NCBI GenBank assembly: GCA_038087875.1 | Contig: CM075988.1 | Location: forward strand, 11,286,001-11,350,000 | Length of the DNA stretch: 64,000 bases | Direction: 5' to 3' | From: Malacoraja senta | Taxonomy: Eukaryota | Part shown: positions 25,154 to 38,546 of the stretch, piece after piece | Layout: each line of letters starts with the position of its first letter | Numbering within the stretch: the first letter of the stretch is position 1 | Program-made: the position numbers and the translations under genes | Notes under the pieces: model-generated | What the model saw: only the letters and a program-made list of their open reading frames with translations | Told to the model about the DNA's origin: nothing | Databases searched by the model: none

Positions 25154-25564
25154 GAGACCAAGCACAGGCTTGGCGATCGTTTCGCCCAACACCTCCGTTC
25201 AGTTCGCATTAACCAACCTGATCTCCCGGTGGTTCAGCACTTCAACTCCCCCTCCCATTCTGAATCCGACCTTTCTGTCCTGGACCTCCTCCATAGCCAG
25301 AGTGAGTCCCATCGCTTGGGTAGTTTTCACCACAGTGGTATGAACATTGACTTCTCCAATTTCAGGTAGTCCATGCTTTCTCCCTCCTTCCCCTCCCCTA
25401 CCCAGCTCTCCCACAGCCTACTGTCTCCGCCTCTTCCTTTCTTCTTCCCACCCCCCCCACCCCCACATCAGTCTGAAGAAGGGTCTCGACCCGAAACATC
25501 ACCTATTTCTTCGCTCCATAGATGCTGCCTCAGCCGCTGAGTTTCTCCAGCATTTTTGTCTACC
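25154..25564 (+). mobile_element. Penelope-like element 3' fragment (GIY-YIG end and terminal repeat)
   Basis: ETKHRLGDRFAQHLRSV...HFNSPSHS...GMNIDF; TSD ACCAATTATTT at 25143-25153 and 25565-25575. Confidence 0.88.
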
Positions 25565-26030
25565 ACCAATTATTTTATGACTGCATCATTGTCCAGTAGA
25601 TTGCAAGGTTTAGGTAGCATTGAACATGCATCAAAAACAGGCAATGCTGAAAATCCCAGCAGGTCAGGCAGCGTCTGTGGTGAAAAAAGTAGTGGTTTAT
25701 GTTTCAGGTTGGACTGCATATTTCACCAGAAGCTCACCATCCAGAAATATATTGTTCGGAGATGCACACAGCATCTGCAGGTTTTTAATTTTAATTTCCA
25801 AGTAAACATGCATCTATTTCCAAATGATATCAAATCATAATTATCACATGTATGGAGAGAGGAACAAACCAACTCCAGTTAACCCCAGATGTAAATTAAA
25901 CTGCTGGATAAACTGAGTGGGTCAGGCAACATCTGAGGAAAATGGACAGACAACATTCAGGTTAGGACTCTTCTTCAGACAGAGTAGATTGCAATTACTA
26001 GTTTAGAGAGGTGCAAGGCCTCATTCCTTA

Positions 26031-26513
26031 AGGGCCTGTCCCACTTTCACAAGGTAATTCATAAATTCTCCTGAGTTTTCCCCTGATTCAAACTCGCAGA
26101 ATGTTCGTAACAAGTCCGTAGGAGGCCTTAGGAGTTCGTGGATATATCGTAGCGGCTCGTTATGCTAGCCGTAGGTACTCGGGGCATCAGGTAAGTTGGG
26201 ACTTTTGTCCAGCCCGATGAAAAATGTCCACGAGTAAAAAAATAGTCGGGATGTAAAAAATTGCAACTTTTTACTCGTAGATAATCGTGGGTACTCGTAG
26301 CTCGGCAGCTGGACTGAGAAAAAAAGGTGAGTGAAAAAAACCCTTGTCATCATCATCAGCACATGACCCAGCATGTGCATAGCACTCCAGTCTGTGAGCA
26401 TATTCGTGGAAGGTCATAGGAGTTCGTAGATGACTAAAATCTTGATTTTTTTTTTTAGGTCCTTTAAACTCGGCAGAGGTTTTGGATTAAGTCGTGAAAG
26501 TGGGACAGGCCCT
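26031..26513. mobile_element. Harbinger-like MITE
   Basis: Perfect 20-bp TIR AGGGCCTGTCCCACTTTCAC; TTA at 26028-26030 and 26514-26516; tcgta-rich interior. Confidence 0.88.
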
Positions 26514-26559
26514 TTACCCTCACCTCTTTGTTTCAACTTTCTCCCCTCTACTCCAACAG

Positions 26560-26950
26560 TTTGAATAAGGGTCCTGACCTGAAACCTCATCTGTCTATTT
26601 CCCACGGCAGGTGTTGCCTGACCCACTGAATGCCTCCAGCAAAGATAGACACAAAATGCTGAAGTAACTCGGCGGGAAAGGCAGCATCGGGTTTCGGCCC
26701 GAAACGTTGCCTATTTCCTTCGCTCCATTGATGCTGCCGCACTCGCTGAGTTTCTCCAGCACTTTTGTCTACCTTCGATTTTCCAGCATCTGCAGTTGCT
26801 TCTTCAGCATTTACTCCACTGTATCTCCCATAGAATGAATCTGGCAAGAACAGAACTGAAGGCCACAAAGTGGTGGAATAACTCAGCTGGTCAGACAGCA
26901 TCTCTGGAGAACATAGATGAATGCCATTTTGGATCGAGACCCTTCTTCAT
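26560..26950. mobile_element. Cluster of Penelope-derived short elements
   Basis: Several arms in both orientations, including gggtttcggcccgaaacgttgcc. Confidence 0.7.
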
Positions 26951-27263
26951 CCAGAACTGCCCCTTTAGATTTGAATTCTCTGTTCTGACAATTGAATTTT
27001 CATATCTAACCATTGCATCCCTCAAACTGTAATCACTCATAAAATAAAATCGAAGAAAAAACGCTGATGTAGGAAATATAAAAATAGAAAATGCTGGAAA
27101 TACTTAGTGGATCAGGCAGCATCTGTGGGAGGAGAAACAATTAACATTTCAGGTTCAGAATGCTTCCTTACTTTTGGGGTGAAGAATAAAGTGGATCTGT
27201 GAACCACAACATTTTTAAGATGGAGTAAATGAGTGTTTTTGCAGAGCAGGGTTATGCATGAAA

Positions 27264-27482
27264 TGTGTAGGAAGGAATTGCAGATGCTGGTTTACACCGA
27301 AGATAAAAACAAAATGCTGCAGTAACTCAATGGGACAGGCAGCATCTCTGGAGACAAGGAATGGGTGATGTTTCGGGTCACCCATTCCTTCTCTCCAGAG
27401 ATGCTGCCAGTCCCGCAGAGTTACTCCAGCATTTTGTGTCTATCTTCGGTGTAAACCAGCATCTGCAGTTCCTTCCTACACA
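27264..27482. repeat. Near-perfect hairpin Penelope-derived element (arms about 105 bp)
   Basis: tgtgtaggaagg...gaatgggtga / tcacccattc...ccttcctacaca with loop tgtttcggg. Confidence 0.85.
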
Positions 27483-28429
27483 AATTCCTCTAGCACGTTG
27501 CTCTATAACTCCAGCTGTTCTGAACATGATTTCTTTCCCATATATCAGATTTTCTTTTTGTTTGTTTACATTTTTCATACTCTCGCTTCAGACATTTCCC
27601 CTGTTCCTTTAATCATTGACTCCATTATATCTGTTGCTTCAGTGGTAGCTGGTGGAAGTTATGAGCTGAGTGTTGGAGTGAGGGGGGTGTGGGGACAGGT
27701 GGCAGGAGGTAACGGCTTCTGTTGAGTGGAGCACAGGGACAGGTGGCAGGCACTGAAGGATTCAGATTGGTCTTGAGGTGCAAACAGGGAAGGTACGATT
27801 GTGCTGCTGGGAAGAAAAAACCTTGCACTTACACAGGAGAGAAACGTGTTCCCTATGTTGGCTGAGTGAGTCTGAGGCAAGAATACTAACCTATTTATTG
27901 AATTGTATAACTTTGTTGTTACAAAGTACAAAAATGTTATCTCTGAGGACCCATCTTTTTTAAACTTAAATTGATTTTACTGATGTGTTTGAGATGTTCG
28001 GTTGATTTAACAAAGAGTTTTTTACATTTTAAAAACATTTTCCCTTTGCAAATTGTGTGAATGAAGATGGTTAGGAAATAAATAAAATAAATGACCTTTC
28101 AAAAGAGCAAGCCCATGGATGATGGACAGAACGGCCTCCATGTTTGCTGTAAATTGCAATGAATGATGTCGATGATATCATATTTATATGCCATGCCTGA
28201 TTACTTTGTGTCCTTTAATGCTCAATTATATCAGGCACAGGCAAGCTAGTAGTCAGAAGGTTATGTTCATGCAGCAGAATTGTGAACAAATTGAATTTTT
28301 GTTGCCATCTAGCTTATACTTTCAACAGTTATTAAATGTGAAACAATATGTCTCTCATTATATGCAGATGTATGGTTGCAAGAACATTAATCTGTACCAT
28401 TCTCTGCACTTAATATGGAATCATTAATC

Positions 28430-28670
28430 AGGGTGGCGAATCTGTGAAATTCTTTGCCACACAAAGCTGTGGAGGCCGTCAGTAGATACAGTATATTTAA
28501 GGCAGAGATAAATAGATTCTTGATTCTTACGGGTGTCAGAGCTTATGGAGAGAAGGCAGGAGAATGGGGTTAGGAGGGAGAGACAGATCAGCCATGATTG
28601 AATGGCGGAGTAGAATTGATCGGCCGAATGGCCTAATTCTACTCCTATCACATGATCTGATGATCTTATG
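28430..28670 (+). mobile_element. CR1-like LINE 3' fragment
   Basis: cagggtggcgaatctgtgaaattc...gatcagccatgattgaatggcg...gaatggcctaattctactcc. Confidence 0.8.
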
Positions 28671-30034
28671 ATTAAAACAAACTATGTATGAAAAATCCAA
28701 CCTCATTGGTTTCCACAACGTTGCCATGCTCTGAATCCCCCCCTTTTCACATTATGTAAGCTGGGCAGAATTTGTTTACTTAAGACATTAATTGCATTGA
28801 TAGTTTTTCAAAAATTAATATAACAGACGGAACTGGAGTAGGTCATTCAGACCCTCAAGCTTGGTCTGCCATTCAATCAGTTCATTGGAAATTTGCATCT
28901 CCTTGCCTTGATGCTATAACCTTTAATATCTTTGCCAAACAAAAGTCTCGCAATCTTTGCAAATTTATAGCTGACTTCTTCTCAACAGCTTATCGCGAAG
29001 GAAAAAAAATGAAGATTGTTTTTTAATGTGTGAAGAAATGTCAACCCTGAATAATCAAGCACTTTCCATCCAATTCTTCTCCATGCTCTCGACTCACCAC
29101 TATCGGAATTAACCATTATTTATCCTTTAATTCAGTGTGTTATTTTAAGGTCTCAAGAAGATGATTGCCTGTTCTTTAATCACAAGGAATGCAAGCCAAA
29201 GCAAAGGCAAATTTTGATGGCTCCAAAGGCAATTTTAGGATTGGTGCCACACAGTTCTTCAAGTGTGGTATCGCACAAGTTAAAATGCTGACATGGTAAG
29301 CTGAACGCTTGATTTAGTCCAGAAGAAAACGTTCAAAAATGCTGAGGAACTGAAACTTGGTTAATTAATGAAATCTGGACCCTCTTTAAATTAAATGCTT
29401 GTTGCATTTCTGCTGCTATCCCACGTTTTATAATGCTGCAAAGATTAGGAACCCACTCAATATGGACATGCAAAGGTTTTGTTACCGATATTGATGGACT
29501 GAACAGAGAGAAAATAAAATTAGCAATCAGAAAGAAAGGTCTTGTGAGGGGTGAATATAACAGCTCAGTTATATTCACCCCTCACCCCAAGTTATCTCCA
29601 TGCAAATATAAGAACCTGCCGTCCTCCAGCACAGTATGACAGACTGCTTTCCCAGAACCATCTGCTAAAATGTATGAGCAGTCACTATCCTTGTGTGATG
29701 GTCACAACCAAATGAGAAAGGTATGAAATACCAGTTCACTGTAGGTTCCTAATATCCATTCATTGGCATTCCACAATGCACAATTTAAAGTGTCATAGAC
29801 TCACACAGCATGGAGACAGAACATTCAGCCCTCCACATCCATGCTGACCAGTGGGTACCTTTCTTTATTAAGCTCAACTTCCAAAGCTTGGCCCGTAGCT
29901 TTCAATGCCTAGACAATTCAAGGCATAATCCTTCCAGTGAGGCTGCTTCCACAACCTTCTCCACTCCAAGCAAATCAGAACCAGGCTTTTAAAAAATATA
30001 TTTATTGAAGGGATCCAGGCATGCTGTCAGTATA

Positions 30035-30232
30035 GACATAGACAGAGAAAATAGGTGCAGGAGTAGGCCATTTGGCCCTTAGAAAATAGGTGCTAGGCCA
30101 TTTGGCCCTTCGAGCCAGCACCGCCATTCAATATGATCTGATCATCTAAAATCAGTACCCCATTCCTGCTTTTTCCCCATATCCCTCGATTCCTTTAGCC
30201 CTAAGAGCTAAATCTAACTCTCTCTTGAAAAC
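30035..30232 (-). mobile_element. CR1-like LINE 3' end with local duplication
   Basis: agaaaataggtgc...taggccatttggccctt present twice. Confidence 0.8.
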
Positions 30233-30399
30233 AAATTGGCATTTAATTGCCCATTCTTTCTTGCATTTGAAATGATGTTAACGAGCAGCCCTCTTGGGCC
30301 ACTGCAGTTCTTGAGGTATGAGTATACCAACAATACTGTGTGAGAGAGAGAAAGATAGTTTCATGATTTTAACCTAGCACTCATTAAGGTCATTTTAAG

Positions 30400-31650
30400 T
30401 CAAGTTGAGTTTATAGTCATATGCACAAGGATAGGTACAATGAGAATTCTTGCTTCAGATTCAGTCAAAAACACAAAACACAATTATTTATAAATATCTT
30501 ATAGATAACATTTGTAAAGAAAGAAAACTGCAAAAAAAGAAGACATTACAGAAAAGATAATAATGTTTAAAAAGTCCATGGTATTGCAATGGATGGGCTG
30601 CAGTGTGCCAATGAAAAGGTAGGATTAATGTTAGGAAGGTTGGTTCAAGAATCAAATGGTTGAGGGAAAGTAGCTATTCCTGAACATGGTGATGTGGGAC
30701 TTCAGTCTTCTCATACCTCTTGCCCAATGATGGCTCTAAGAGGAGGGCATGACTTGGATGGTGGAGTTCCTAGATAATAGATATCGCCGACACCTCATGC
30801 AGATGTTTTTGATGGTGAAAAGGGCTATGCCCTTGATGGACTGGTCTGAGTTTACCACACTCCGCAGTCTCTTGTGTTCCTGTGCTTTGGAATTGCTGTA
30901 CCAGACCATAATGCAACTAATCTGTCTGAACAGAGTTTGTAAGTTCTCACTGTGACCTCACAGGTTTTCTCCAGGTACTCCAGTTTCCTCCCACATTCCA
31001 AACATGTTCAGGTTTGTAGGGTAATTGGCTTTGGTAAAATTGTAAATTGTCCCCAGTATGTAGGATAGTGCGCGTGTATGGGGTGATCGCTGGTTGGCAC
31101 TGACTCGTTGGGCCGAAGGGCCTGTTTCCAGTTTCGTTTATTGTCATATCTACCGAGATACAATGAAAAGCTTTTATTGTGTGCTATCCAGTCAGCAGAA
31201 AGAAAATACATGATTACAATCGAGCCATTTACTGATAAGGGAATAATGTTTGGTGCAAGGTAAAGCCAGCAAAGTCCGATCAAGGATAGTCTGAGGGTCA
31301 CCAAAGAGGTAGATAATGGTCAGCACTGCTCTCTGGTTACGGTAGGATAATTCAGTTGCCTGATAACAGCTGAGAAGAAACTGCCCCTGAATCTTGAGGT
31401 GCTAAGTTTTATCTCTAAAAGTCTGAGGCCTAAATCAGGATATCTTCTACAGTGCATCTGTTAATTTGTTAGAATATTTGGTGACAGACAGAATATTTTT
31501 AAACTTCTAAGGAAGTAAAAGTTCTGGCATGCTTTCTTCATTATAATCTATGTGCTGGGTCCAGGACATTTCATCCGAGATTAAGTCTCGGAATTTGAAG
31601 CTGCTAACTCTCTCCCGATTTCTCCTTTCTGAAGTCAACAATTAGGTGAT
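30400..31650 (-). mobile_element. Degenerate Rex1/Babar-like fragments interrupted by a partial V-SINE (30948-31129, +)
   Basis: Minus-strand tttattgtcat tails and gaagaaactgcccctgaatct (SFF-type) motifs. Confidence 0.6.
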
Positions 31651-31924
31651 ACAGGAATCCTCAGAAACTGCAATCCATATTGGGCCATGCATCAATCTTA
31701 AACACAGCGGAACAAGTATTGAAGGATGTAATGTAAATTTTGAACTTGGAATGTAAACCCAACAAAAATGCAACAAATAGCATTAAAGGCAGATATAATT
31801 TAGCATTAATTAATTGGTTTTAATTGAAAAAATGCTATTCAGCAGCAAATATATCCCAAATCCTGATGCAGGGCATCAACCCAAAATGTTGACACTCCCG
31901 TTTTCCCTTCAACATCCAGGTTTC

Positions 31925-32278
31925 TTTAGTTTAGTTTAGTTTAGTGATACAGCACGATAACAGGCCCTTTGGCCCACCGATTCCACGCCGACCAGTGATC
32001 CCCGCACATTAACCCCCACATAATCCCCGCACTATCCTACACATACTGGGGACAGTTTTCACTTATACCGAGTATTGAAACCCACGCCAATTAACCTACA
32101 AACCTGTACGTCTTTGGAGTGTGGGAGGAAACCAAAAATCTCAGAGAAAACCCATGCAGTCACGGGGAGAACGTACAAACTCCGTACAGACAGCACTCAT
32201 AGTCGGGATCGAACTCGCATCACTGGCACTGCAAGTGCTGTAAGGCAGCAACACCACCGCTGCGCCACCGTGCCGCCC
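31925..32278 (-). mobile_element. V-SINE
   Basis: (tttag)n, V domain, ccgctgcgccaccgtgccgccc head. Confidence 0.9.
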
Positions 32279-32549
32279 TGTTCTCTGAACTTGTTCCGCT
32301 TGCTTCCTCTCCTTACTGGGACATGATGGTCGTTAGGTTAAAGTTCTATACTTATTCTTAAGCTGAAGGGTAAATGTGGACTACATCTTTACTTGACCTT
32401 TAAAGTTTTATATTTATTATGAATTATTAAACTGAGAGAAAATTGCAATATTTATGGTTTATACAATTACCGGCAGATAATGTGCACACAAAGCAATTAT
32501 TTTGTTTGATAATGTACTGTAGAAATGCTAAGAGTTCTTTTGTCCTTCC

Positions 32550-33160
32550 CAGTTAAAAGTGGCATCATCCAATGGTGATGGGGTGCTGAGACAGAAGATA
32601 GGATGAGCTTGATATAAGAGAGATTAAGGACATAACCAGGCTGTGAGCTGACCGAGTCCATATCAACCATGCAGTGGCTGGGTTCATGCTGAGAACAATT
32701 TAGGACCTTGTGTACCAGTACTACATTCTTTGTTAATATTTTCAAACTAATAGAATTATGATCACTGATACCAAAGTACTCCCAACTGACACTGTAATCA
32801 CTTGCCCAACCTTGCTTCCTCAGAGGAGGCCTAGTGTTGCTCTCTTGTAGGGCCCTCCGTCTGTTCACGCCCTTTGCACTGTATATATTACCCAGTCAAT
32901 GATAGGGAAGTTAAAATCTCCCACAAATACTAGCCTGTTATTCTTAGAGCTATCTCCCAACACATCTGTTCTTCTAATTCCCGCTATTTGGAGACCTATA
33001 ATACAGTCCCACCAAAGTGATCATCCCGTTCTTGCTTCTAAGTTCTATGCACTTAGTCTCATGGAATGAAACCACAAGAATATCCTAACTGATCACTGTT
33101 GATATGTTCTCCCTCATTATTACGGTGATCTCTCTTACCAGTACGTCTATCCATCTTGTG
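32550..33160 (-). mobile_element. Degenerate CR1 endonuclease-region remnant
   Basis: Minus strand contains SDHNSI and a GDFNFP-like (gggaagttaaaatctccc) motif. Confidence 0.55.
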
Positions 33161-33689
33161 GATGTTGTGTTGTGAACCAATTGCAACATAAAAAGTCTTT
33201 GAAGAAAGAAGACTTTGAAGAAAGAAAACTTTAAAGGGAGGTTTTGAAGAAAATAAGCAGTGTTTTGACGTGGAAATGTATAATGAAATGAGGGGAAGAG
33301 ATAGAGTATATTCAGGCTCTGCACATTTGTAAGATTGTTTTTTGACCTTGGAAATGAACAGGTCAGACAGATAAATCCCTTTCCTCATTTTAAATCACTC
33401 AGCTATGATGCACTGTAGCTTAGTATAAGCTGTTATAAATTGATAGGATGTGACTTTGTGGTGAATGCTCTGTGACCACAGAAATGAATAGCCTCATTTA
33501 ATCTACTCATTATTCCCAAAGTGTTACTGAAAAATATGAAAACTTATTAACATCCATCTGCTCTCAAAAGTGGGAAATAGATATTTAGGGATGGTGCTTG
33601 TTCATGATCAGAAAGGAATGAAATTGTGTTGGTTCACTAACTAGATTATTCTCATTGCGATTTCCAGAGATTTGTGGCATCATAAATTC

Positions 33690-34100
33690 ATATAACAACT
33701 TGTTAATTTTGATTTAGGCAAGTCAAACAGGATAAATGGACAATGTAAGAAGAAAAGTGAATATTTTCATTAAATAATAGAATTACATTGACATAGAGGC
33801 TTTGCTAATGAATGGCATTATCATATGGTTTGCTGAAATGGCATTTTTACAGCATAGCAGGGCAATGATGTTCGGTGAATGAGTTTGACCACATGTCATG
33901 ATCAACGCCTCAGAATTATAACATTTAAGTTCAATTAAGCAAGGCAATCCTCTTTTACTATATTTAATAGAACATTGAAAAGAAATCATTGAATTTCCAA
34001 ATTGTAGCTGATGAGGTGCTGAGCTCATGAATGAATCGACCATTATCTCACACTTATTATGGGCCACCACCGTTATCCCATGACAGATGATATAATGTTT
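33690..34100. promoter_or_regulatory. Candidate conserved non-coding element
   Basis: Repeat-free; tgatttag, caatta, tgacag, acaatg motifs. Confidence 0.35.
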
Positions 34101-35049
34101 AAGAAATAAGTTGGTTGAACAAAAAAGAATATGAATATGTTGTTCCCTTGTGGGATAAAGCCTATCCTCAGATGGGAAATGTTAGGAAGGTTTCTAATTA
34201 GTATATTTTTCTTCCTAATGTTGACTCTCCAACTTGTATTTTCCACTATTCCAAACCATTCAAAAACAACTGTGTGAGTTTCGAGAGTATTTTAACTGCC
34301 TTCCTGAGCAATACCAATGAAGACACATAATGCTGGAGTAACTCAGTAGGTCAGGCAGCATCCCTGGAGAACATGGATGGTAATCTTTCTGGTTGGAACC
34401 CTTCTTCAGATTCTGACCATATTTAATTCTACCCATATTTGACACAGAAATATTTGAATGCATTGTTGCCGAATTCCTTGACCTTATTGCCCTATAACTT
34501 ATATCACAGACACATATTTTTGAATCTATGCTTTTGGATGTTGCTAGTTAAAGTGAATTTAACGAGTTTAGAATGACTTCGATTTTAAATTAAATCTACA
34601 GCATGGAAACAGGCCCTTCGGCCCATTAAGTCCACACTGATTATCGATCATCCATATACACTAGTTGTGTGTTATTCTCAATTTTGTATCCACTCCTAAC
34701 ACATTAGGAGCAATTTTGCAGAGGGCAACCAGCCTACAAATCGTATCAAAATGTAAAGCATCAGGCATAGAATGAATAATTCTCACACATTCTATGTTTA
34801 TTCATAAAAATATTTTTTGTTAGAAGATAGGTAAAAATAATGTTGATGATACAAGTTCTTGCAGATGCTGGAATCTTGAGCAAAACTGAGTGCTGAAGTA
34901 ATTCAGTGGGTCAGGTAGCATCTGCAGAGGGAATGGATAGGTGGTGTTTCAGGTCTGAAGAAAGACCTCAACCTGGAACATCAGCTATCCGTTCACTCCA
35001 CAGATGCTGCTTGACCTGCTGAGTTGTTCCGGTATTCTTGCATGAGCAG

Positions 35050-35318
35050 CACAGAGGCACAGGTGGTGGAGTTGCCGCCTCATAGCCCCAGAGATCTGGG
35101 TTCCATCCTGACCTTGAGTGCTGTCTGTGCAGAGTTGGCACGTTCTCCCGATGACATGCGGGTTTGTGGGTTAATTGGCCTCTGTAAATTGCCTCCAGTA
35201 TGGAGGGACTGGATGAGGGAGTAGGAGGACGTAGAATTAGTGGAAATGAGTGATCGATGGTCGGTGTGAACTTGGTGGGCTGAAGGGCCTGTTTAGATGT
35301 TGTATCTCAAAACTAAAT
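35050..35318 (+). mobile_element. V-SINE (internal deletion)
   Basis: Head and tail present, V domain partly missing. Confidence 0.8.
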
Positions 35319-36767
35319 TGATACTTTATGTTTTGCACAAAATTCATATTGCAAGATCCCCTTGATAATTAACTGTGGGGATAGTTTAGTTTAGTTTATT
35401 GTCGCGTGTATCGAGGTACAGTAAAAGGTTTTTGTGGCGTGCCAACCAGAAAGACAATAGAGGGCGGACTGGTAATAGATACATAAGAGGCTGTATATGC
35501 TAGAATCTGGAAACAAAAAGTAAACTGTTGAGAGAACTCAACGGGTCAAGCAGCATCTTTGGAGGCAAAAGGGATGTGTCGACATTTCAGGCTAAGATCA
35601 TGCATCAGGACTAGTGATATGTTGGCTGTAGAACGGCAATTTTTATTAACTTCTATTAATTTGATTTGTCTGATGATTAAAAACCCAGCTAGTCATGGTT
35701 GTTTCAACATTCCCAATTAATTAATGGTAAATTCACCGTTAATGTTTGTTGCATTTTAGCTGCTTTACATTCCCAGTTTGAAGCCCGCATTACATTCGAG
35801 TTTGAAACCCAAATAGATCTTGAGTATAGTTCATCAGAGAATAGAAACATAGCTAATATTTGGCATTTTCATTGGTGGGTTGGGGTGGAGAGAGTTGACA
35901 GAAGGGTCCCAAACCAAAATGTCACCTATTCATGGTCTCCAGAGATGCTGCCTGAACTGATGAGTTACTCCTGCACTTTGTATCTATTTTTGTTAGCCAG
36001 CATTTGCAGTTCATTGTTTCTCCATCAATACTTGTTCTGTTGTGTTTAAGATTTATACTTGAACTAATATGAGTTGTGGTTTCGAAGGACAGTGTTGAAT
36101 ATGATCCTGAGGATTCTGATTATTAACGAATCTTTGACATCAGAAAGGGCAACCACATGTTATTTTTTGTTGGTGTGTCGGAGGTGGAGAGAGTTATCAG
36201 TTTCAAATTCCTGGGTGTTAACATCTCAGATGACCTGTCCTGGGCCCAACTGTTTTCTTAAAGGTTTTGCATATCCCTTTCATGATCTTGTGTAACATAG
36301 ATATATTGTACATAAATTATACATAATATTAGTTTTGTGTGTTGTCTGAGTCTATGTGTCTGATGCTGCTGCAAGATTTCCAACGTCCCTTTACCTCACT
36401 GTCCTTGTGCACAGGGAAATGAATCTGACTTGATTATCTCTCGAAAACATGAACATATAAAACATGAAAATATAACGACATATCATCACTGGAATGCAGG
36501 AAAATGGTTCATGTATTCGATTTATAAACCGCAGAAGGAGGCTACATCGACCATTAGACATGTGTACTCTCTTTGAAAGTCCTGTGTTATTTATCAGATC
36601 GCAGCTTTTTATTATAAACTCGGAGAACTATTTGACCTCTTACATCCATGAAAGAAAGTCTATCCTGCCTCAAGCCACCTTCCAGCTATTCGTCTGTAGC
36701 CCTGTGGCTCACAATTCTTCTAGTAAATATCCAAGAATAAAGGTATTCAAATATCCCTTTTCCCTGT

Positions 36768-37045
36768 GGGCAGTTTGGTGGCGCAGCGGTAGAGTTGTTG
36801 CCTTACAGCGCTTACAGCATCAGAGAGTCTCGTTCGATCCTGACTACGGATGCTTGTCTGTACGAAGTTTGTACATTCTCCCTGCGACTGCGTGGGTTTT
36901 CTCCTAGATCTTTGATTTCCTCCCACACTCCATAGACAGGTTTGTTGGTAAATTAACTTGGTATAATTGTAAATTGATCCTAGTGTTTGTTGGATAGTGT
37001 TAATGTGCGTGGATTGCTGGTATCTCTGAACTAAACTAAACAAAA
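36768..37045 (+). mobile_element. V-SINE
   Basis: ggtggcgcagcggtagag head, gttcgatcc, V domain, tail. Confidence 0.88.
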
Positions 37046-37183
37046 CATTACACTTCTCAGTTTTGTAATTAAAAAAAATAAAAAATTCCAACGCGCCTAC
37101 AGGTCCCTTTTGAAATGTATCCTATATGCTTTGAACAGTAACTTCTGGATAATCGCAACTCATGGTAAATGCTGAGAGAATGT

Positions 37184-37936
37184 ATCTTCTTCTTCTTGCG
37201 AATGAAACATAAATAAACCAAAGGAATAGTTAGATCTCAAGTCGTGTGTTGAGCAGCCAGGTTGTTGTCTCTGCGTCAATGTCTGCCAGGCCCTGAGCTC
37301 CATTTGGTGGGTGGTAGAGCGGACACCCAGAGATGACATGGTTGGCTGTCTGTTGTTCCGCTCCGCATTCACAGGTTGGGCTCTGGCGGAGTCCCCATCT
37401 CCACTTGCTGGCATTGAAACGACCAACTCCAGTATGAAGTCTGTTGAGCTTCACCCATGTTCCACTGAGGAGGTCAGACCCTGGACAGCTTTTATCTCGT
37501 GAAGAGATGTAGCTGTGTAATGGAGATGAGGTTGCCTTCCACTCCTGTGACCACTTGGTGGCTATCCAGTGTGCTTTTGTCTCAGTTGGCTGGATGGATG
37601 CAAGGAGTTGTTTTCCATGTAGAGCAAAGGGGTGACGGGACTTTAGTCGGGGTGGCCTCTGCTCTCTGCTGATAGCCTGATGGAGGAGGTGATCTGGGTC
37701 CATGGCACGACGAGATAGTGCCAGAGTTGCTGCTTGCCTTCGGATCCCTGCAGGCAGATTGCCTGCAAGTGTAGGGAGCTCCTCGACTGGAGTAGGTTGA
37801 AGGCACGCAGTGATTGTTCGCAAGGTGCTGTTCAAGCTCGTGTCTGCCAGGCTAGTGTGTCTGCTTCTACTCCATACGGGTGCGCAGTACTCAGCTGGAG
37901 CATACATAATAGCTAAGGCAGAGGTGCGAAGCGTTT
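37184..37936 (-). mobile_element. Vingi/Ingi-like non-LTR retrotransposon, 5'-truncated
   Basis: TLRTSALAIMYAPAEYCAPVW...LNRLHTGVGR...CECGAEQQTANHVISGCP; 3' end CATTCGC(AAG)n; AGAATGT at 37177-37183 and 37937-37943. Confidence 0.8.
37230..37907 (-). pseudogene. C-terminal part of a Vingi-like RT polyprotein (post-RT region and Cys/His knuckle)
   Basis: 225-aa open frame from the ORF track; lacks the RT core and endonuclease, so cannot be autonomous. Confidence 0.8.
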
Positions 37937-38546
37937 AGAATGTCTTATAACAGGGGAGTCCACAACCAGAGTACATATTCTCAGAATAAAGGGATGGCCA
38001 GTTACACCTGATATGAGGCTGAATTTCTTCCCTCAGGGAGTTAAGTATTTTGAACTTTCACACACAGAATTGTGTGGGCAGAGTCCATGGGGGGCGGGGG
38101 GGGGAAAGACTACTCCTGCACCTATTTTCTATGTTTCTATGTTTCTCTCTCATCTGTTGAACATAGCTTCAATCTGGCTATTGATTTTCTGCAAGTGGAA
38201 GCAGTTTTTCCTTATTTAGTCTATCAAAATATGTTGTCACAATATTCTTCAATGAAGCCACGCTTTATATTAAAACAGATCGAAAATATTTCTTAGGGCA
38301 TGAATTTCTCTAGCACGAACTTCAGAACATAAAATAAAGCATGAAATAGGAGGCAGTCATTCACTGACACCAACAAATTTGACTTGGTCGGGTATGGAGC
38401 TATGAGTATTAATGGCCTTCAATTGTGTCAACCTGTAGACCATTTTTCTTATTAAATCCTGTCAATGAGTTTCAGTAGGAACTTCATCCTCTTCAGCAAT
38501 CCTTTTGTCATAAATGAAGGTGTGATTTAAATAATTAAATCAGGAT

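Noticed and set aside
27692..27750. Duplicated gggacaggtggcagg as CTCF sites
   Set aside because: Only the 3' half of the motif matches; a 15-bp local repeat with no other support
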